NCBI GenBank assembly: GCA_039797705.1 | Contig: JBDKHK010000035.1 | Location: forward strand, 1 to 62,431 | Direction: 5' to 3' | DNA length: 62,431 bases | DNA from: Bacteroidota bacterium | GTDB taxonomy: Bacteria; Bacteroidota; Bacteroidia; Chitinophagales; JADIYW01 | Shown here: positions 36,731 through 46,261 of the stretch, in pieces | Position numbering within the stretch: the first letter of the stretch is position 1 | Layout of the letters: each line of letters starts with the position of its first letter | Translations under genes and position numbers: made by a program | Notes under the pieces: model-generated | The model's database searches: none | What the model was told of the DNA's origin: nothing | Seen by the model: the letters and a program-made list of their open reading frames with translations, nothing else

Positions 36731-37651
36731 ATGTCTGTTTCTGTTTTAAATTTATCTAAAAAATATGCCCAGCAAAAAGCGGTGGACAATATTTCTTTTG
36801 AAGTAAAGAAAGGAGAGATATTGGGTTTTTTAGGTCCAAATGGAGCCGGAAAATCTACGACCATGAAGATGCTGACCTGCTATTTGCCTCCAAGTAGTGG
36901 CACGGCTTCTATTGATGGGATGGATATTATTCAACAGCCTTTGGAGGTGCGCCGAAAAATTGGTTATTTGCCTGAAAATAACCCACTATATTACGATATG
37001 TATGTGAAGGAATTTTTAGAATTTGCATATCGCATTTACGGACAACAATCCTCCAACAAAATACAGCAAACAATAAAAGAAACCATTGATTTGGTAGGAT
37101 TGGGATTGGAACAACATAAAAAAATAGGACAACTTTCCAAAGGATACAAACAACGAGTCGGAATAGCGCAAGCACTTATTCATCAGCCAGAAGTGTTGAT
37201 TTTAGATGAACCAACTTCAGGATTAGACCCTAATCAATTAGCAGATATTCGCAATTTAATAAAGGAATTAGGAAAAGAAAAAACCATTATTTTTTCTACA
37301 CATATCATGCAAGAAGTACAAGCCGTGTGCGACAGAGTAATAATTATCAATAAAGGAAAAATTGTAGCGAATGAAAAACCCGACAACTTGCAAAATTTAT
37401 TAAGCAAGGAAGTATTGATAGAGGTAGAATTTGAAAAAGCAATTTTACAAAATGATTTACAACAAATCAGCAACGTATATTCTATTGAGCAACTAACCTC
37501 TACACATTTTGTATTACACGGAAAAGACAGCACACAATTGAGAAAAGATATTTTTGCTTATGCTGTTAGTAAAAACAACCCTTTGCTGACTTTGAAACAA
37601 GAAAGCAAAAGTTTGGAAGATATTTTTCATCAATTAACACAACAGAAATAA
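36731..37651 (+). CDS. gldA: Gliding-motility-associated ABC transporter ATP-binding protein GldA
   Basis: Walker A GPNGAGKST, signature LSKGYKQR and Walker B LILDEPT. It is directly followed by gldF-like and gldG-like genes. Confidence 0.8.
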   Translation: MSVSVLNLSKKYAQQKAVDNISFEVKKGEILGFLGPNGAGKSTTMKMLTCYLPPSSGTASIDGMDIIQQPLEVRRKIGYLPENNPLYYDMYVKEFLEFAYRIYGQQSSNKIQQTIKETIDLVGLGLEQHKKIGQLSKGYKQRVGIAQALIHQPEVLILDEPTSGLDPNQLADIRNLIKELGKEKTIIFSTHIMQEVQAVCDRVIIINKGKIVANEKPDNLQNLLSKEVLIEVEFEKAILQNDLQQISNVYSIEQLTSTHFVLHGKDSTQLRKDIFAYAVSKNNPLLTLKQESKSLEDIFHQLTQQK

Positions 37652-37656
37652 GCAGC

Positions 37657-38385
37657 ATGAAAGCCATTTTAAAAAAAGAAATCAACCTGCTGTTTTCCTC
37701 GCTGATTGCCTATATCAGCATGGCGGTTTTCTTTGTGGTGTTGTCATTAAATTTGTTTGTATTTCAAGGAAATATTCTCGATAGCAATTATGCCACTTTA
37801 GATACATTTTTCACCCTCACACCTTGGATTTTAATTTTCTTGATTCCCGCAATCACCATGCGCACGTTTGCAGATGAAAAACAAAGCGGTACTTTAGAAT
37901 TTTTGACCACTAAGCCTGTAACCGATTTACAAATTGTATTGGGGAAATATTTAGCAGCATTATTCTTGTGGACATTTACATTTATTCCAACTTTAATATA
38001 TTTTATCGCTATAAAAAAACTAAGTTTAGCAGAAGCACCTATTGATAGTGGCGCTACTTACGGAAGTTATATCGGATTGTATTTTTTAGGAGCAGTATTT
38101 GTTGCCATTGGAGTATTTGCATCTGCTATTACCAATAATCAAATTGTGGCATTTTTAGTGGGCGTTTTTTTATGTTATTTAATGTATGATGCATTTTTTA
38201 GAATTAGTTCTTTAGATATTTTTCAAGGAAAATTAGATTATTTTATCCAATCTATCGGGCTCAATGCACATTATGATTCTATCAGCCGCGGCGTAGTGGA
38301 CACCAGAGATATTATCTATTTTTTGAGTGTAATAAGTTTATTTTTAATCGGAACAAGAACAGCTTTAGAAAGCAGAAAATGGTAG
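37657..38385 (+). CDS. gldF: Gliding-motility-associated ABC transporter permease GldF
   Basis: 242 aa with 6 TM helices (ABC-2 type). It sits between gldA and gldG. Confidence 0.75.
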   Translation: MKAILKKEINLLFSSLIAYISMAVFFVVLSLNLFVFQGNILDSNYATLDTFFTLTPWILIFLIPAITMRTFADEKQSGTLEFLTTKPVTDLQIVLGKYLAALFLWTFTFIPTLIYFIAIKKLSLAEAPIDSGATYGSYIGLYFLGAVFVAIGVFASAITNNQIVAFLVGVFLCYLMYDAFFRISSLDIFQGKLDYFIQSIGLNAHYDSISRGVVDTRDIIYFLSVISLFLIGTRTALESRKW

Positions 38386-38395
38386 AAAACATAAA

Positions 38396-40093
38396 ATGAA
38401 AAATCATTATTTCATACAATCTATAAAAGTGCTTGCTATCAGTTTGCTGATAATCATTGGAGTTAATGTAGTATCCAATTTTTTTTATCACCGCTTTGAT
38501 TTAACAGAAGAAAAAAGATATACACTTACCACTTCTACTAAAAAATTATTGAATGGCTTAGACAATAAAATTGAAGTCGAAGTTTATTTAACCGGAAAAG
38601 ATTTACCCGCCGGTGTTCGTATTTTACAAAATGAAACCAGAGAAATGTTACAGGAGTTTCGCAATAACTCCAAAGGCTTAGTTACTTTTCATTTTTTTGA
38701 TTACAACAGTATAAAAGACCAAAAAAAGCGCGAAGAATTTCAAATGGAATTGGTGAAAAAAGGACTCCGCCCAACCAATTTAGAAGTAAAATCCAATAGC
38801 GGATTTATGGAAAAATTAGTATTTCCCGGTGCCATTATCAAAGCAAATGGACGTGAAATTCCAGTCCAAATATTAGAAAATCAATTCTCCGTAGGAGCAC
38901 AAGGTTCATTAAACAATTCTATCAGTTTTTTAGAATATAAATTGGCAAATTCTATTGATAAAATCATTCGAGCGCATCCTCCAAAAATTGCCTTTTTACA
39001 AGGTGATGGTGAATTAGGAGTACAACCATTGCAAGAATTTCTAAAAGCATTAGCACATCAAAATTTTATTATTGACAAAGTAGAATTAAGCCAAGATAAA
39101 TTATTGAATAGCAATATTGATGTGATGATAATCGCAAAACCTCAACATCCGTTGAGTGATAAAGAGAAATTTTTGATTGACCAATATATCATGAATGGCG
39201 GAAAAGTATTATGGTTGTTGGACAATGTAATGGCGGATTTAGACAGCTTTAAATTAGCACCAAGTATCCTAGCAATTCCACGCGATTTGAATTTAGATGA
39301 TTTACTATTCCGTTATGGCGTACGGGCAGAACATAATTTAGTTTTAGATTTATATTGTAGCCAAATTCCAATTATTGAAAGCATAGGCGGCAATCCACAA
39401 CCAAAATTATTCCCATGGGTTTTTTATCCAATTGCTATCAATAAAAACAACCATCCAATCGTTAAAAACCTTGACCCAGTTTCATTCAAATTTGCCAGTT
39501 CTTTAGATACACTGGCTAATCCCGATGTGAAGAAAACCATTCTTCTCTCCACGTCTGACTATACAAGAGTACAGCCTACTCCGTTTCAAATTTACTTAGA
39601 AGGCGCCAAGCAAAAACCCAATCCTTATTTATTTAATCAAAAAAATATTCCATTGGCAGTTTTATTAGAAGGATATTTTACTTCTTTATACAAAAATCAA
39701 TTTACAGAAGATTTCCAAAAATTACTGGCAACACAACAAATCCCTTTTAAACCTAAAAGTATAAACAATAAAATGATTGTAGTGGCAGACGGCGATATTG
39801 CCTCCAACGATTTTGATGCTAATAATGTTCCCTTAGCCTTAGGTTATGATAAATACTCCCGACAAGTTTTTGCCAATAAAGATTTTTTACTGAACTGTGT
39901 GGAATATTTAGTAGATGATAATAACTTGATTGAAGCCCGAAACCGAGAAGTAAAAATGCGTTTGTTAGACAAAGCAAAAGTATTGGAACAAAAAGGCAAA
40001 TGGCAATTAATCACCTTTGTAGTTCCTTTGTTATTCACCTTAATTTTTGGATTAATTTATCAATTTCAAAGAAAGAAAAAATACGCTCGCTAA
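38396..40093 (+). CDS. gldG: Gliding-associated ABC transporter component GldG
   Basis: 565 aa with N- and C-terminal TM anchors flanking a large extracytoplasmic domain. It is in the gldAFG context. Confidence 0.75.
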   Translation: MKNHYFIQSIKVLAISLLIIIGVNVVSNFFYHRFDLTEEKRYTLTTSTKKLLNGLDNKIEVEVYLTGKDLPAGVRILQNETREMLQEFRNNSKGLVTFHFFDYNSIKDQKKREEFQMELVKKGLRPTNLEVKSNSGFMEKLVFPGAIIKANGREIPVQILENQFSVGAQGSLNNSISFLEYKLANSIDKIIRAHPPKIAFLQGDGELGVQPLQEFLKALAHQNFIIDKVELSQDKLLNSNIDVMIIAKPQHPLSDKEKFLIDQYIMNGGKVLWLLDNVMADLDSFKLAPSILAIPRDLNLDDLLFRYGVRAEHNLVLDLYCSQIPIIESIGGNPQPKLFPWVFYPIAINKNNHPIVKNLDPVSFKFASSLDTLANPDVKKTILLSTSDYTRVQPTPFQIYLEGAKQKPNPYLFNQKNIPLAVLLEGYFTSLYKNQFTEDFQKLLATQQIPFKPKSINNKMIVVADGDIASNDFDANNVPLALGYDKYSRQVFANKDFLLNCVEYLVDDNNLIEARNREVKMRLLDKAKVLEQKGKWQLITFVVPLLFTLIFGLIYQFQRKKKYAR

Positions 40094-40142
40094 AATTCCA
40101 TTTTTTTAAAGCTACGATCTCCTGTTTTTAAAATGTATTTTT

Positions 40143-40150
40143 TATCTTTG
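40143..40150 (+). promoter_or_regulatory. -7 promoter box (TAnnTTTG)
   Basis: TATCTTTG lies about 130 nt upstream of the first acyl-CoA dehydrogenase ATG. This implies a leader of about 125 nt if the box is used. Confidence 0.3.
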
Positions 40151-40281
40151 ATAGCAACCGCTCTTTGTCATAAACAAAAGATAATTAATTACTCATGCTT
40201 TTATATTTAAAAGAGATTTAAAAAAGGATTAAAACAAATATCCTATTTTTCTAAAACTGAACTATTCAATAATTTTTTATA

Positions 40282-41613
40282 ATGAAAGATACTAAAAACA
40301 AAAATCGAAACAAGCAAACAGATCCTCTTGCAACTTCCTTTGGTCTTCTCAATCAAGTATTAGATTCTAAAATTGGAAAAGCATTGAATTTGCGTAAACT
40401 TTCTGAACAACTAGTATATCAAGGTACTGTAAACGGAATGAAAGTAGCTGGAGGAGCCTCCAGAATTTTTAAAGGTTCTGGTAAAAAAGGAGAACGACTG
40501 GATACCCAACAGCCTACGGATTTATTTGACTTAAACTACAATGACGAGCAACAAATGATTCGTGATACTTTGTTGCAGTTTGCTACTCAAATGCGTACAG
40601 TCGCTCAAGAAACAGACGACAACATGACCATCTCAGAGGAAATTTGGAATGGATTTAATGAACTTCAATTAGCTTACATGCAAGTACCCGAATCTATGGG
40701 CGGCATGATAAAAGAACGCTCTACTGTTACTCAAATGATGATGGTAGAAACCTTAGCGTATGGCGACTTAGGTCAGGCATTAGCATTGTTCTCTCGCCAC
40801 AGTGTTCTAAACGCCATTATGCAATGGGGAACACAAGCACAACAAGAAGAATTGGTTCCTATCTTTTTGTCCGAAACACCCGAATTAGCAACCATCGCTG
40901 TCAATGAACCCAATCCATTATTTTCTCCTTTTGATTTGCAAACTACCGCTTTCCGCGAAGGAGATAAATTTATTTTAAAAGGCAAAAAAAATATCGTTCC
41001 ACTTGCAGCAAAATCTGCCTTCTTCTTAGTAGCAGCAAAAACTCCTGATAAAGGACCTCAACTATTTATTGTGGACAGAAACACGGCGGGTATTACCGTT
41101 TCAACAGACCGCGCCATGGGACTTAGTTGCGCAGAATTAGCCGAAATAGAATTAAACAATGTAGAAGTAGATGCTTCCGCACAATTAGGCGGAGATGAAG
41201 GCATTAAATACAACGAATTTGTAAATTATTGCAAACTTGGATGGTGTGCTTTAGCAGTAGGATGCGCCCAATCTATATTAGATTATGTAATTCCTTATTG
41301 TAATGAACGTCAAGCTTTTGGCGAACCTATCAGCCACAGACAATCTGTTGCATTTATGATTGCCGATATCAAAATAGAATTAGACAGTATGCGCATCTTA
41401 ACACAACGTGCTGCCGCTAAAGCAGAGCAAGGTTTAGATTTCGAACGCGAAGCATATTTGGCTCACGTAATGTGCAGCGATAAATCTATGCAAATAGCTA
41501 GCAACGGCGTACAATTATTAGGAGGTCACGGATTCATCCGCGATTACCCAGTAGAACGCTGGTACCGTGATTTACGGGCAGCTTCTATTGCATACAATGG
41601 TTTACATCTTTAA
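40282..41613 (+). CDS. Acyl-CoA dehydrogenase-family protein, degenerate (no catalytic Glu, no TEPxxGSD FAD motif), with an ~80-aa N-terminal extension
   Basis: The ACAD fold is recognisable (GGHGFIRDYPVERWYRDLRA). The protein ends ...SIAYNGLHL where ACADs have IYEGTxEIQ. The mid-domain reads VNEPNPLFSPFD instead of TEPxxGSD. Confidence 0.75.
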   Translation: MKDTKNKNRNKQTDPLATSFGLLNQVLDSKIGKALNLRKLSEQLVYQGTVNGMKVAGGASRIFKGSGKKGERLDTQQPTDLFDLNYNDEQQMIRDTLLQFATQMRTVAQETDDNMTISEEIWNGFNELQLAYMQVPESMGGMIKERSTVTQMMMVETLAYGDLGQALALFSRHSVLNAIMQWGTQAQQEELVPIFLSETPELATIAVNEPNPLFSPFDLQTTAFREGDKFILKGKKNIVPLAAKSAFFLVAAKTPDKGPQLFIVDRNTAGITVSTDRAMGLSCAELAEIELNNVEVDASAQLGGDEGIKYNEFVNYCKLGWCALAVGCAQSILDYVIPYCNERQAFGEPISHRQSVAFMIADIKIELDSMRILTQRAAAKAEQGLDFEREAYLAHVMCSDKSMQIASNGVQLLGGHGFIRDYPVERWYRDLRAASIAYNGLHL

Positions 41614-41636
41614 TCAACTTTTAGAAAATTATAAAT

Positions 41637-42836
41637 ATGAATCTCGAAATACCCAAAAAATATAACGGCGTAAAAAACGCTGCGCTCATGGCGGCAAAAA
41701 CAGTTTTTCGTCCTATCTCCCGTAAATACGATGTAGAAGAACATGCTTATCCCAAAGAATTGGACTTATTAGCAGCAGGATTAAATGGACTAAATGATGG
41801 CTCCGGCGGTGCTATCGGCGGTGCAAGCTCTAAAAGTGACGACTCTCCTGAAGGAACAGTACGCAACGGTGGTAATATGGCAAACTGCATCAACATCCAA
41901 GCAATGTGCTATGGTGACGTTGGATTATTATTAACTATTCCTCGCCAGGGCTTAGGGAATGCTGCCATTTCTGCAGTAGCAAACACAGAGCAAAAAGAAC
42001 GCTTCAATAAATTGTGGGCAGCTATGGCTATCACAGAACCTGGCTGCGGCTCCGACTCTTCCGCCATTACTACTACCGCCCGAAAAGAAGGCGATTATTA
42101 TGTATTAAATGGAGAAAAAATTTTCATCACTTGCGGAGAGCGTGCCGATGTAATTGTGGTGTGGGCTACTTTAGATAAATCTATTGGAAAATCAGCGATT
42201 AAATCTTTTGTAGTAGAAAATAATTCTCCCGGAATGGATCTTATCCGTGTAGAAAAAAAATTGGGAATCCGTGCTTCTGATACTGCCGCTATCGTTTTTA
42301 CAGATTGCAAAGTTCCTGCTGCAAACTTATTAGGGAGTCCTGATATTGACATCAAAAAAGGATTTGGTGGTGTAATGGAAACATTTGACAATACCAGGCC
42401 TTTCGTAGCATCTATGGCAAATGGCGTGGCAGAAGCTGCCTTAGAACGAACGAAGGAAATTTTAGCCGACCAAGTAAATTTAGACTATCAAACACCTATT
42501 AATAATGTAAAAGCAGCAGAAGCAGAATTGTACCGAATGGAAGCAGAGCATGAAGCCGCCCGCTTGCTTACGTTACGCGCGGCGTGGATGGCGGACAACA
42601 GAAAACCAAATTCTTTGGAAGCATCTATTTGTAAAGCAAAAGCAGGCCGTATCACCACTGCACTTACATTGAAATGCGTGGAACTTTGTGGAAGCTTAGG
42701 ATATTCTTATAAAGAATTATTGGAAAAATGGTCTCGCGATTCTAAAATTCTAGATATTTTTGAAGGAACACAACAAATTCAACAATTGATTATTGCTCGT
42801 CGTTTATTAAAAAAATCATCCACAGAATTAAAATAA
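41637..42836 (+). CDS. Acyl-CoA dehydrogenase (canonical motifs intact)
   Basis: AITEPGCGSDSSAI (FAD/substrate motif); GIRASDTAAIVF; catalytic-base context ILDIFEGTQQIQQLIIAR. Confidence 0.85.
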   Translation: MNLEIPKKYNGVKNAALMAAKTVFRPISRKYDVEEHAYPKELDLLAAGLNGLNDGSGGAIGGASSKSDDSPEGTVRNGGNMANCINIQAMCYGDVGLLLTIPRQGLGNAAISAVANTEQKERFNKLWAAMAITEPGCGSDSSAITTTARKEGDYYVLNGEKIFITCGERADVIVVWATLDKSIGKSAIKSFVVENNSPGMDLIRVEKKLGIRASDTAAIVFTDCKVPAANLLGSPDIDIKKGFGGVMETFDNTRPFVASMANGVAEAALERTKEILADQVNLDYQTPINNVKAAEAELYRMEAEHEAARLLTLRAAWMADNRKPNSLEASICKAKAGRITTALTLKCVELCGSLGYSYKELLEKWSRDSKILDIFEGTQQIQQLIIARRLLKKSSTELK

Positions 42837-42840
42837 TAAT

Positions 42841-44661
42841 ATGTCAATACGAGATAAGCGCGTTGTTACTATTCCTGAGATCATCACAAAACTGCCAGCA
42901 GTTGTAAGAGCTTTACCAAAAATACTAACAGCAGTTTATTACAATTTCACCATTTCTCCCTCCACTAAAGCATCCATAACGGATTTATGGTTAAATACAG
43001 TAAATAAATATCCTAACCGTCCATGTGTTTTATATCAAGATAAAAAATGGACATATCAGGAATTTAATGCTTGGATAAACAGATTGGCAAATCAATTTAC
43101 GGAAATGGGCTTTCGCAAAGGGGATGTGGTTGCCGTGCTTTTAGAAAACCGACCTGAGTTATTAGCAATTTCTATGGCAATGGCTAAAATTGGTGGTATT
43201 GCAGCATTAGTCAACACTTCTCAAAAGCATAAATCGTTGGCACATAGTTTTAATTTAGCCAAGCCCAAAGCCGTTCTGATTGGTGCAGAGCTTTGGGAAA
43301 ATTACAGTGAAATTAGAACAGAAGTAGATCATAAAGCTTCCGTTGTTTATTTAGTTGCACATGATAAAATAGAACTTCCAAAAGTTCGTGGGATAAAAAA
43401 ATTCGATCGGGAAGCAAAAAAATTCTCCTTTATAGAACCAAGACCTTCAGAAGCCATTTATGCGCACGATCCATTTGTATATATCTATACTTCTGGAACT
43501 ACCGGCATGCCAAAGGCATCTGTATTTAGTCACGGCAGATGGATAAAGGCATATAGTGCATTTGGATTAGCCAGTATCCGATTAGAACCAGAAGATGTAT
43601 TGTATGTCCCCTTGCCATTTTTCCATGCTACTGCTATGGTGGTATGTTGGTCATCAGTAGTAGCAGGTGGTGCTTCTGTTGTAATAAAACCAAAATTCAG
43701 CGTATCAGAATTTTGGAATGACGTAGAGAAATACCAAGTAACAGGCTTTGGTTATGTAGGTGAAATGTGCAAGTATTTATTAAATGCCCCTCCGCATCCA
43801 AAAGAGAAAAACAATACACTGACCAAAATGATTGGCAATGGATTGCGTCCCGAAATTTGGAGTATTTTTAAGGAACGATTTGGCATTGAACAAGTGTCGG
43901 AGTTTTATGCATCCAGTGAAGGAAATATCGCCTTTTTTAATGTATTCAACCTCGACAATACAATGGGTTTTTCTATTGCGGGATATGCCATTGTAGAATA
44001 TGATAAAGAGAACGAACGGCCAGTGCGCGACCGAAAAGGGTTTATGAAAAAAGTACAAACGCACGGCACTGGTTTGCTTTTGGGAGAAATCAGCGATCGC
44101 TACCCTTTTGATGGATATACAGAAAAAGGACAGACAGAAAAAGTTATATTTCGAGATGTATTTAAAAAAGGAGATGCGTGGTTTAATTCTGGTGATTTAG
44201 TGCGTGATCTTGGGTTTTCTCACACTCAATTTGTGGATAGATTGGGCGATACTTTCCGTTGGAAAGGAGAGAATGTTTCCACCACAGAAGTGGAGGGAAT
44301 TATCACGAGATTTCCTGGTATATCCGAAAATATTGTATATGGTGTAGAAATTCCGGGATGCAGCGGACGTGCGGGAATGGTGAATTTAATTTTAGAGATT
44401 CCCATCAAAGATTTTGATTTAGATGGTTTTTATACTTATTTGAGTAAGGAATTACCTCCGTATGCGGTACCACGTTTTATTCGTATTTCACCAACTACAG
44501 AAATTACCGGCACGTTCAAATACAAGAAAAGTCATTTGCAGGAAGCCGGCTACGACCCAAGCAAAACCGGAAAAGAGGTATTTGCTTTAATCCATAAAAA
44601 ATACAATCGCATTACTGCTAAAATTTTCAAAGATATTAATTGCGGTACTTATTCTTTTTAA
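42841..44661 (+). CDS. FATP-type (very-)long-chain acyl-CoA synthetase
   Basis: AMP motif YIYTSGTTGMPKA; FATP-family signature DRLGDTFRWKGENVST. It starts 4 nt after the preceding gene. Confidence 0.8.
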   Translation: MSIRDKRVVTIPEIITKLPAVVRALPKILTAVYYNFTISPSTKASITDLWLNTVNKYPNRPCVLYQDKKWTYQEFNAWINRLANQFTEMGFRKGDVVAVLLENRPELLAISMAMAKIGGIAALVNTSQKHKSLAHSFNLAKPKAVLIGAELWENYSEIRTEVDHKASVVYLVAHDKIELPKVRGIKKFDREAKKFSFIEPRPSEAIYAHDPFVYIYTSGTTGMPKASVFSHGRWIKAYSAFGLASIRLEPEDVLYVPLPFFHATAMVVCWSSVVAGGASVVIKPKFSVSEFWNDVEKYQVTGFGYVGEMCKYLLNAPPHPKEKNNTLTKMIGNGLRPEIWSIFKERFGIEQVSEFYASSEGNIAFFNVFNLDNTMGFSIAGYAIVEYDKENERPVRDRKGFMKKVQTHGTGLLLGEISDRYPFDGYTEKGQTEKVIFRDVFKKGDAWFNSGDLVRDLGFSHTQFVDRLGDTFRWKGENVSTTEVEGIITRFPGISENIVYGVEIPGCSGRAGMVNLILEIPIKDFDLDGFYTYLSKELPPYAVPRFIRISPTTEITGTFKYKKSHLQEAGYDPSKTGKEVFALIHKKYNRITAKIFKDINCGTYSF

Positions 44662-44671
44662 TACGAATAAA

Positions 44672-46156
44672 TTACCGCATTTCTATTAGTTTCTGCACCA
44701 CTTCATACAATACATACGTGTCTGTATAACAATAATCTTGCAGCTGTTGCAGTTTAGTCGGTATTTCTTCTGGATGATTCCAATAAAATAATTCATTATA
44801 TACTGCCATTGCTTCTTCTCCATTTTTCACCTTCCCATTGGAATATTCATCTTTTCCCAATAATACATTTCCAATTACTTTTAATGAAAAACTTCCTTCT
44901 TGTTTTGGGTGATAATAGTATAATTCTTTAAATGGAATTTCTATATCTACTATGCGATTAATGCGCTCAAGTATGGCTTCTTTGTATAGAGGAAAATCGT
45001 TGGTGAGTTTAAATAAAATTCCTTTTTCTAATAAAGTATTAAACACTAAAATTTGACCTGCGTTTTCTGTAGCTTCTAAAAAATGCTCTATAAAATTTTG
45101 CCTGTCATCTTTGCCAATAGGAGAAATATAACTGGTGTGTTGTAAAGGGGCATTTTCACTTTCTTTATAATGCAAAGAATATAAAAAAGGAATTCTGTCG
45201 TAAGGACGAGTGTTTTCAAACAAAGGAATAGCAGGCTGGAAAGCTTCTATGTCGAAATAGTATAACGGATATTGAATAGCATCTACAAAATCTTTCAGCT
45301 TATCTTGAACAATATGTGTTTTATTATTTTTAAAACTTTGAATAATAATTCTTCGTCGCTCATTCAATTCGTCTATATTATCCATTTCATCCATCGTAGT
45401 GATGCCTTGCTCAACAAAAATATTTTTTTCCTGCATCGAAACTCCGGGAAGATACCAAATTGAATTTTTTGAAATATTTTTCCAGCAATATCCTGTAAAA
45501 TCACAGGGATAGGGCTTGGTGCAATGCGGCCCAACGGGTACCTCTGGGATGGTATTTTTGCTCAGTGTTTCAATAGCATTCTCAATGGTTTGTTCTACAA
45601 AAGGAATCCGTTCTTTTATGGCATCTAAAACAGACGTTTTTTTTAAAAATTCCTCCACTTTTAGGGTGCCATCATATAAGTAATCATTATTGATATTTAC
45701 AATAGAAAAATCCTCTAAAGGCAAACCGCTTTTTGTAATAATATGATATTGAATTGCAGCATCTAATAAATAAGTATTCGAAATTCGAAAAGAGCTTTTT
45801 ACTTCGTAAGCATACCATTTTCCATCTTTGTATTCCAATATATCTAATGCTACGAGAATCCCATTGTGCCTAAATGCAGCTTCATATATTACTGGGAATT
45901 GTTGCTGTATTAATAATTTAGTGGCAGCAACCGATTCGTCATAACTGAATGGATTGGGCGGTGAGCAATCCTTGCCACCGGGAAATAATTGATGGGCTAA
46001 TCTCCCTACACGATGACCTCTATCAAATCGTTGTTGCTGGGCCGTAGAAGGCTTATCGCGTAAATTGTAAAAATTCTTATATAAATAGAGTGATTTAGAG
46101 CATTGAATACTTCGAATTAGGGTGGATTTACTTAAACTGTTTTTTTTATTGCTCAT
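44672..46156 (-). CDS. DUF2779-type protein: Cas4/RecB-like PD-(D/E)xK nuclease with Cys cluster, fused to a DEDD-like exonuclease-like domain
   Basis: The N-terminus LSKSTLIRSIQCSKSLYLY is typical of DUF2779. D...EVK...QY motifs are present (ALDILEY..YAYEVKSS..AAIQYHI). The Cys cluster is HCTKPYPCDFTGYCW. The second half carries YYFDIEAF and a C-terminal YCYTDTYVLY. Confidence 0.65.
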   Translation of the reverse strand: MSNKKNSLSKSTLIRSIQCSKSLYLYKNFYNLRDKPSTAQQQRFDRGHRVGRLAHQLFPGGKDCSPPNPFSYDESVAATKLLIQQQFPVIYEAAFRHNGILVALDILEYKDGKWYAYEVKSSFRISNTYLLDAAIQYHIITKSGLPLEDFSIVNINNDYLYDGTLKVEEFLKKTSVLDAIKERIPFVEQTIENAIETLSKNTIPEVPVGPHCTKPYPCDFTGYCWKNISKNSIWYLPGVSMQEKNIFVEQGITTMDEMDNIDELNERRRIIIQSFKNNKTHIVQDKLKDFVDAIQYPLYYFDIEAFQPAIPLFENTRPYDRIPFLYSLHYKESENAPLQHTSYISPIGKDDRQNFIEHFLEATENAGQILVFNTLLEKGILFKLTNDFPLYKEAILERINRIVDIEIPFKELYYYHPKQEGSFSLKVIGNVLLGKDEYSNGKVKNGEEAMAVYNELFYWNHPEEIPTKLQQLQDYCYTDTYVLYEVVQKLIEMR

Positions 46157-46188
46157 TATATTTTTACTAATTATTGAACTCGATTTCT

Positions 46189-46196
46189 TATCTTTG
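46189..46196 (+). promoter_or_regulatory. -7 promoter box (TAnnTTTG)
   Basis: TATCTTTG lies 65 nt upstream of the ATG at 46262. Confidence 0.3.
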
Positions 46197-46261
46197 ATAT
46201 ATTAACAAATAAAGTGCGGCATTTGCAACTTTTAATATAGCTAATCAAAAAAAATTATCGC

